This document shows positions 57,101 to 64,000 of a DNA stretch of 64,000 nt, in pieces. Source of the stretch: Macrostomum hystrix (lineage: Eukaryota; Animalia; Platyhelminthes); assembly GCA_950097015.1 (NCBI GenBank), contig CATNEN010000038.1, forward strand, positions 1,178,001-1,242,000, read 5' to 3'. Position 1 is the stretch's first letter. Every line of letters starts with the position of its first letter. The translations under genes were made by a program, and so were the position numbers. The notes under the pieces are model-generated. The model was not told the origin of the DNA. It saw only the letters and a list, made by a program, of their open reading frames with translations, and searched no databases.

Positions 57101-60100
57101 TGTTCGATCTGGATGGTCATTGTTCGATGTGAATGGTCATTTTGGATAAGAATTTTCCTTCTTCATGATTTCGGATTGTGAGCAGTTTGCGAGTTTATAA
57201 GCGCCAGCTCAATGTGACAGGCAGTCAGTCATCTTCAGCTTCTAGGAGCAGAAAGTTATTAGAAATGCAATACTGAGTGAAGGCGGCTTGGATTCCTGAG
57301 TACTTGGCTAGTTTAGCTTGGTTTAAGGAAGCTTTTCGAGCACCTCAGTATCGTCTGTGCCCTACTTGAAATCGTGTGGGTGTGGACTACTTGAAATGTA
57401 CTCATAAGTCATCTACTCATGGAAACTTTTGAGAAGTTTGGGTATAAATCTGCTCGTCAGTGGTAACTAGGGTAGTTTAGCCTATCAGCCGGTGCCACAG
57501 TCAATATTAGAATTTTAAACTGGCTCTTGAATGACTCTGAAATCCTTAGCTCAAAACTTCGTTCTCTTTCTAACCTTACATTTTCTCTCCCCTGCATCTA
57601 CTCTCCTTTCTCTACTCTCCCTTCTCTACTCTCCCTTCTCTCTTCTCCCCTTCATTAACTCTCTCTTCTCCCTTCTCCCCTTCATCTACTCTCCCTTCTC
57701 TCCCCTTCATCTACTCTCCCTTCTCCCTTCTCCCCTTCATCTACTCTCCCTTCTCTCCCCTTCATCTACTCTCCCTTCTCTCTTCTCCCTTTCATCTACT
57801 CTCCCTTCTCTCCCCTTTCATCTAATCTCCCTTCTCTCCCCTGCATCTACTCTCCCTTCTCTCCCCTGCATCTACTCTCCCTTCTCCCCCTTTATCTACT
57901 CTCCCTTCTCCCCCTTTATCTACTCACCCTTCTCTCTCCCCCTTCATCTACTCTCCCTTCTCTCCCCCTGCATCTACTCTCCCTTCTTTCCCCTGCATCT
58001 ACTCTCCCTTCTCCCCCTTTATCTACTCTCCCTTCTCCCCCTTTATCTACTCACCCTTCTCTCTCCCCCTTCATCTACTCTCCTTTCTCTCCCCCTGAAT
58101 TCACTCCCTTCTCTCCCGTGCATCTTCTCTCCCTTCTCCCCTTTAATCTACTCACACTTCTCTCTCCCCCTTCATCTACTCTCACTTCTCTCTTCTCTCC
58201 ACTGCATCTACTCTCCATTCTCTCTTCTCCCCTTCATCTACTCTCCCTTCACTCTCCCCCTGCTTTCACTCTCCCTTCTCTCCCCTTCATCTACTCTCCC
58301 TTCTCTCCCCTGCATCTACTCTCCCTTCTCTCCACTGCATCTACTCTTCCTTCTCCCCCTTTATCTACTCTCCCTTCTCCCCCTTTATCTACTCACCCTT
58401 CTCTCTCCCCCTTCATCTACTCTCCCTTCTCTCCCCCTGCATTCACTCTCCCTTCTCTCCCGTGCATCTACTCTCCCTTCTCTCCCCTGCATCTACTCTC
58501 CCTTCTCCCCCTTTATCTACTCTCCCTTCTCCCCCTTTATCTACTCACCCTTCTCTCTCCCCCTTCATCTACTCTCCCTTCTCTCTCCCTGCATTCACTC
58601 TCCCTTCTCTCCCGTGCATCTTCTCTCCCTTCTCCCCTTTAATCTACTCACACTTCTCTCTTCTCTCCACTGCATCTCTCTCCATTCTCTCTTCTCCCCT
58701 TCATCTACTCTCCCTTCACTCTCCCCCTGCTTTCACTCTCCCTTCTCTCCCCTTCATCTACTCTCCCTTCTCTCCACTGCATCTACTCTCACTTCTCTCC
58801 TCTGCATCTACTCTCACTTCTCTCCTCTGCATCTACTCTCACTTCTCTCCCCTGCATCTACTCTGCCTTCTCTCCCCTCCCAGGTGCTGAGCCACCCGGA
58901 GCTCAGCGGCCAGCTAGTCGACCTGATCGAGGACAAGTTCCATCTGAGCCGAGCCAAGTCAATCGCCGTGATCCAGGAGCTTCGCATGTGCTTCCTTGGT
59001 CCCGGCAAGCAGCTGATCTTTGTTTTTAGGCCCGGCGAAGGTCTGTTCGGCGATCTGGACGACGCCATTCTGACCTCGCTGCTGACCTCCCAGCGTCTGT
59101 CTCGGGCCAGCCAGCTGAAGCTCACAATGGCCTGGGACCGGGTGGACCTGGCCAGATGCCACCTGTTCCAGTACGGCCAGGAGTGGAAGGCTGCCGACCT
59201 GGAGCGGGCGATGATGGAGGCGCTGATGAATGATCGCATTGAGTTTGTTCGCCTCTTCCTGGAGTGGGGCGTCAATGCTGAGAAGTTTCTCACCCGCTTG
59301 AGACTGGAGGACTTGTACTCTTACTGCCTGTACAGCGATGAGTCTAAGAGTGAGTACAGTGCTCATGACCTACCCGACCCTCCCGACTCACGTGACCCAT
59401 TCTACCTCCCTGACTCACGTGACCCACTCTACCTAATTTGAATCACGTGACCCACTATACCTACTTAAATCACGTGACCCACTATACCTACTTAAATCAC
59501 GTGACCCACTATACCTACTTAAATCACGTGACCCACTATACCTACTTGAATCACGTGACCCACTATACCTACTTGAATCACGTGACCCACTATACCTGCT
59601 TAAATCACCACTCAGTCAAGTCAAGTCAACTCACTCATGACCCCCTAGAGCCTAGACCCATGCTCATGACCCACTAGACCCATGCTCATGACCCACTAGA
59701 CCCATGCTCATGACCCACTAGACCCATGTTCATGACATTCGCTGTTGAGTCATCCTTTAACTCCTTCAGGCGGTCACGACAAGCATCTCCGTCGCCTTCT
59801 GAAGCGCACGCTGCCGAAGTACTCGGGCCGCCAACGCCGACTGTCGCTGTACATTGTCGGCCGGCTGCTGCAGGAGCTCATTGGTGGCGGCTACACGCAT
59901 GAGTATACAAGACGATTCGCCAATTCTAAAGCGGCTTTGGTGCCTTGGCCATCCTCTGACCGAGGTGGGTAAAATTTCCTGACTTTCCTGGCTAGCCTTC
60001 AGGTGACCCGACCCAGCCTTCAGGTGACACGACCCAGCCTTCAGGTGACCCGATCCAGCCTTCAGGTGACCTGACCCAGCCTTCAGGTGACTAGAGCTAG

Positions 60101-63100
60101 CCTTCAGGTGACCCGACCCAGCCTTCAGGTGACCCGACCCAGCCTTCAGGTGACCCGACCCAGCCTTCAGGTGACCTGAACTAGCCTTCAGGTGACCTGA
60201 ACTAGCCTTCAGGTGACCCGACCTAGCCTTCAGGTGACTAGAGCTAGCCTTCAGGTGACTAGAGCTAGCCTTCAGGTGACTAGAGCTAGCCTTCAGGTGA
60301 CTACAGCTAGCCTTCAGGTGACCCGACGCAGCCTTCAGGTGACCCGACCCAGCCTTCAGGTGACACGACCCAGCCTTCAGGTGACCCGACCCAGCCTTCA
60401 GATGATCCGACCCAGCCTTCAGGTGACCTGAACTAGCCTTCAGGTGACCCGATCTAGCCTTCAGGTGACTAGAGCTAGCCTTCAGGTGACCCAACCCAGC
60501 CTTCAGGTAACCCGACCCAGCCTTCAGGTGACCCGACCTAGCCTTCAGGTGACTAGAGCTAGCCTTCAGGTGACTAGAGCTAGCCTTCAGGTGACTAGAG
60601 CTAGCCTTTAGGTGACCCGACCCAGCCTTCAGGTGACCCGATCCAGCCTTTAGGTGACCCGACGCAGCCTTCAGGTGACCCGACGCAGCCTTCAGGTGAC
60701 CCGATCCAGCCTTCAGGCAAACTGTACCAAGTGCATCTGTCCAAATGTATCATTCCCTCATCAGGCCCAGATGCTTCAATAACAGTCGGTATCAACACTG
60801 CAACGCTAACCGCAGCCAATAGCAATGTATTTTTTAATGGCATCCGAAATGTTCGATCTCGGCTTGGCTTCGTTGCTGAAGATGAGCCGTCATCGCAGAA
60901 GCCGCAGCATCATCAGCACTATCAGCAGCGTCAGCAACAGCAACAGCATCAGCAACAACAGCAACAGCAGCAGCAGCATCATCATCAGCAGCAGCAGCAG
61001 CAACAGAGTTTCCGATTCCCCTACACCGACCTGATGACGTGGGCGGTGCTGTGTCGTCGCTACAACCTGGCCTGGTTCTTCCTCCAGTGCGGCGAGGACT
61101 CCACAGCCAAGGCGCTGTACTCAGCCGCCCTTCTGCGCGCCATCACTGGCCGAGTGGACGAGGATGTCCAGTCTGAGTATTACCACGAGCTGACCAACTG
61201 GGCTGATCGATGCGAGACCGAAGCTTTAGCCATGCTGGACCATTGTCACCGCTGCGACCCCAGGCGATCGCGCCGTCTTGTCACCTACCGACTGGCCGAA
61301 TTCGGAGGCCACACCTGCATGAGCCTGGCTTACACGTCTAGGAGTATGCGCTTCCTGAATCACGCTTGTCCGCAGGTCATACTCAACGACTTGTGGTGAG
61401 GCCACCCACAACTGACTTGATTGTCTACCCCACCTACCCGATTGTCTACCTTAACTACCCGATTGTCTACCTTAACTACCCGATTGTCTACCTTAACTAC
61501 CCGATTGTCTACCTTAACTACCCGATTGTCTACCTTAACTACCCGATTGTCTACCTTAACTACCCGATTGTCTAACACAACTGCCCGATCGTCTAATACA
61601 GCTACCCGATTGTCTACCTTAACTACCAGATTGTCTACCCGAACCCGCTCAATTATCTACTTTAACCTACTCATAAGCCTCTCAAAACCTGTCCAGGTAC
61701 GGCGGCATCCGTGAGTCCGGCCAACTGACCGGCCTCCGAGTCGTCCTGCTTTGCGGCATCTTGGCTGTCTGTCCTCCAGCCTTCTTCCTTCTGCTGGCGG
61801 TCCGCTTCCTGTCGTTCAAGACCCTCGCCGAGCTGCGCGATCAGCCGCAGACGCGGGAAGAGTTCGCCGACTTCGCCCAAGAGAACGACAGCGACGATCA
61901 GGACGACGACGAAGCTGCAGCTGCCGCAGCCGCGGCTTCCGCCGCAGCCCCCGCTGAAGGCTTTGTCGAGCCGGAGTCGCTGCGGAATCTCATGCGCTCG
62001 ATGCCATCGGACAGCCTTGGCGACAAGCTTCGACGGATGGAATCGCCGGCAGTTGAAGCCGCCGACGCCGATGTCGACGCTCGGCCGAATAATTCGACAA
62101 CGACTGCGGCGGCGAATGAGACAGAAGCCGCGGGAGAGGAGAGTCCGACAAGGCAGGGACTGCTTTCCGCGGCTGGCGGCGCGAATGACGAGAAATCGAT
62201 TTGTGAGTGCGCGACTGCCCTTTGCTTTCCTGTGGGTGCTGTTCCCTTGTGGGATCCAAAATATGTCTAGTCCAGCAGCCGCACACTCTTCACCTTCAAC
62301 TGCTTTCAGCAATGTCACCCCAATCTTATTTGCTCAAGAAATCTGACTCACAGAAAATCTCAATCTCAACCTCAATCTCACTCCCAATCTCATTACCGTT
62401 AATCTCAACCCGTCGAGAGTCCCATCTCCAATTTTGCCCCTGTAACAATCACACATTTAATCATTCTACCCTTCTATCATTCTATCATTGTACTTCCACA
62501 ATGTCACCTTCAATCTTAACTTTCCCACAATCTCACCACTACAATCTCACCCTGGTGAGAATCTCACCTTAATACAATCTCACGCCAGTAACTATCACGC
62601 CTTGAATCTCACCCCCCCTAACAGTCTCTCACCCCTCCCACAAACTCACCCCTTCTAAAATCTCACCCCTCCTACAAACTCACCCCTCCCAAAACTAACC
62701 CCTACGAGAATCTCACCCCTCCTACAAACTCACCCCTCCCAAAACTAACCCCTACGAGAATCTCACCCCTCCTACAAACTCACCCCTCCCACAAACTCAC
62801 CCCTCCGACAATCTCACCCCTCCTACAATCTCACCCCTCCCACAATCTCACCCCTCCCACAAACTCACCCCTCCTACAATCGCACCCCTCCTACAATCTC
62901 ACCCCTCCTACAATCTCACCCCTCCTACAATCTCATCCCTCCCACAATCTCACCCCTCCTACAATCTCATCCCTCCCACAATCTCACCCCTCCTACAAAC
63001 TCACCCCTCCTACAATCTCACCACTCCCACAATCTCACCCCTCCCACAATCTCACTTCAAATCTCACCCTCCGACCATCCATCAGGCTGCGGCCCCTCCA

Positions 63101-63260
63101 GCCGCCGTCCGACCGTGGCTGGCGCCCCCACGGTGCTGCATTATCACCTGGAGGACCGCACGCGGCCGCTTCGCAACTATACTTTCCGATCCAAGCCCCA
63201 GCAAACTCGCTTCCTGAATGAGCAGCCGCAGCAATTGCCACAGCCTTTTACTCAGCAGCA

Positions 63261-63293
<33 letters not shown>

Positions 63294-63906
63294 GCAGCTG
63301 CGGCATCACGACCGACTGCCGTATCGAATGCGCGTGTCCGAGTTCTTCAGCGCCCCCATCACCCGCTACTGGCTTCACCTGATGTCCTACACCTTCTTTA
63401 TCGGCTCCTTTCTGTCCTACGCCCTGGTTGTCATGCCGCAGAGCCGTCTAGTCTGGCAGGAGACTGTGGTGTTCGCCTACATCAGCTCATACGCCTTGGA
63501 TAAGGTGAGAGAGATTAGCCAGAGCGGCGGTAGAGATCTGAGCACCAAACTGAGAGTCCACCTATCAGATGCGTGGAATCTGTACGACCTGTGCATCTGC
63601 GCCGTCTCCGCCACCGGCATCGGCACCCGCCTGGCCTCCTTGTGGCACTGCAGCTCCGGCCGCGCGTCTGCCTTCGACTTTTATGGCAACTACAGCCGGC
63701 TGCTGGCTACCGCTACTGCTGTTGACGATCCGGCCGATGTTGCCGAATTCACCTGGCAGTTTAACCTGTTCTTTTTCTCGCACAACATCATGGTGCTGGC
63801 TCTGGGCCTCTGGCTGCTGCGAGTTTTTGAAGTGCTGATCAACTGGAAGCACTTGGGCCCCTACCTGTACATGGTGGCCAGCATGATCAGCAAAATGCTG
63901 CCTCCA
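54144..63906 (+). CDS. TRPM: TRPM cation channel copy 2 (exons 1-8; truncated by window edge)
   Basis: Exons 54144-54538, 55102-55375, 56179-56598, 58884-59349, 59770-59964, 60765-61395, 61697-62202, 63086-63906; near-identical to copy 1, open frame, splice sites intact. Confidence 0.92.
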
Positions 63907-64000
63907 GTGAGTCTGCCTGCCTGCCTGCCTGTCTGTCTGTTCTAGTTGTCCGTCTGTCTGTTCTGGGTGTCCGTCTGTCTGTTCTGGGTGTCCGTCTGTC

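Overview
Eukaryotic (metazoan) genomic DNA with GT-AG spliceosomal introns, GC-rich exons and a very high density of minisatellites. The style suggests a free-living flatworm such as Macrostomum, but that is an inference and not proven here. Six intron-containing genes can be spliced by hand with consistent exon phases: an IL-17-like cystine-knot cytokine (+), a Niban/FAM129-like PH-domain gene (-), POP4/Rpp29 (+), a complete TRPM1/3/6/7-type channel (+), an ALDH3 with a CaaX tail (+), and a second, nearly identical TRPM copy running off the right edge (+). Most long ORFs in the supplied track are artefacts of tandem repeats. Mobile DNA comprises two families of tRNA-derived SINEs, a hAT-type MITE hosting its own minisatellite, and a 48-bp TIR-only element with a perfect 8-bp TSD. 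The most unusual signal is that about 17 of 24 complete introns each carry a private tandem array. These arrays often begin at a splice site and multiply splice-like (CAG|GT) or transcription-factor-like (AP-1, E-box) motifs, and their copy number differs between the two TRPM paralogs, which are otherwise near-identical.
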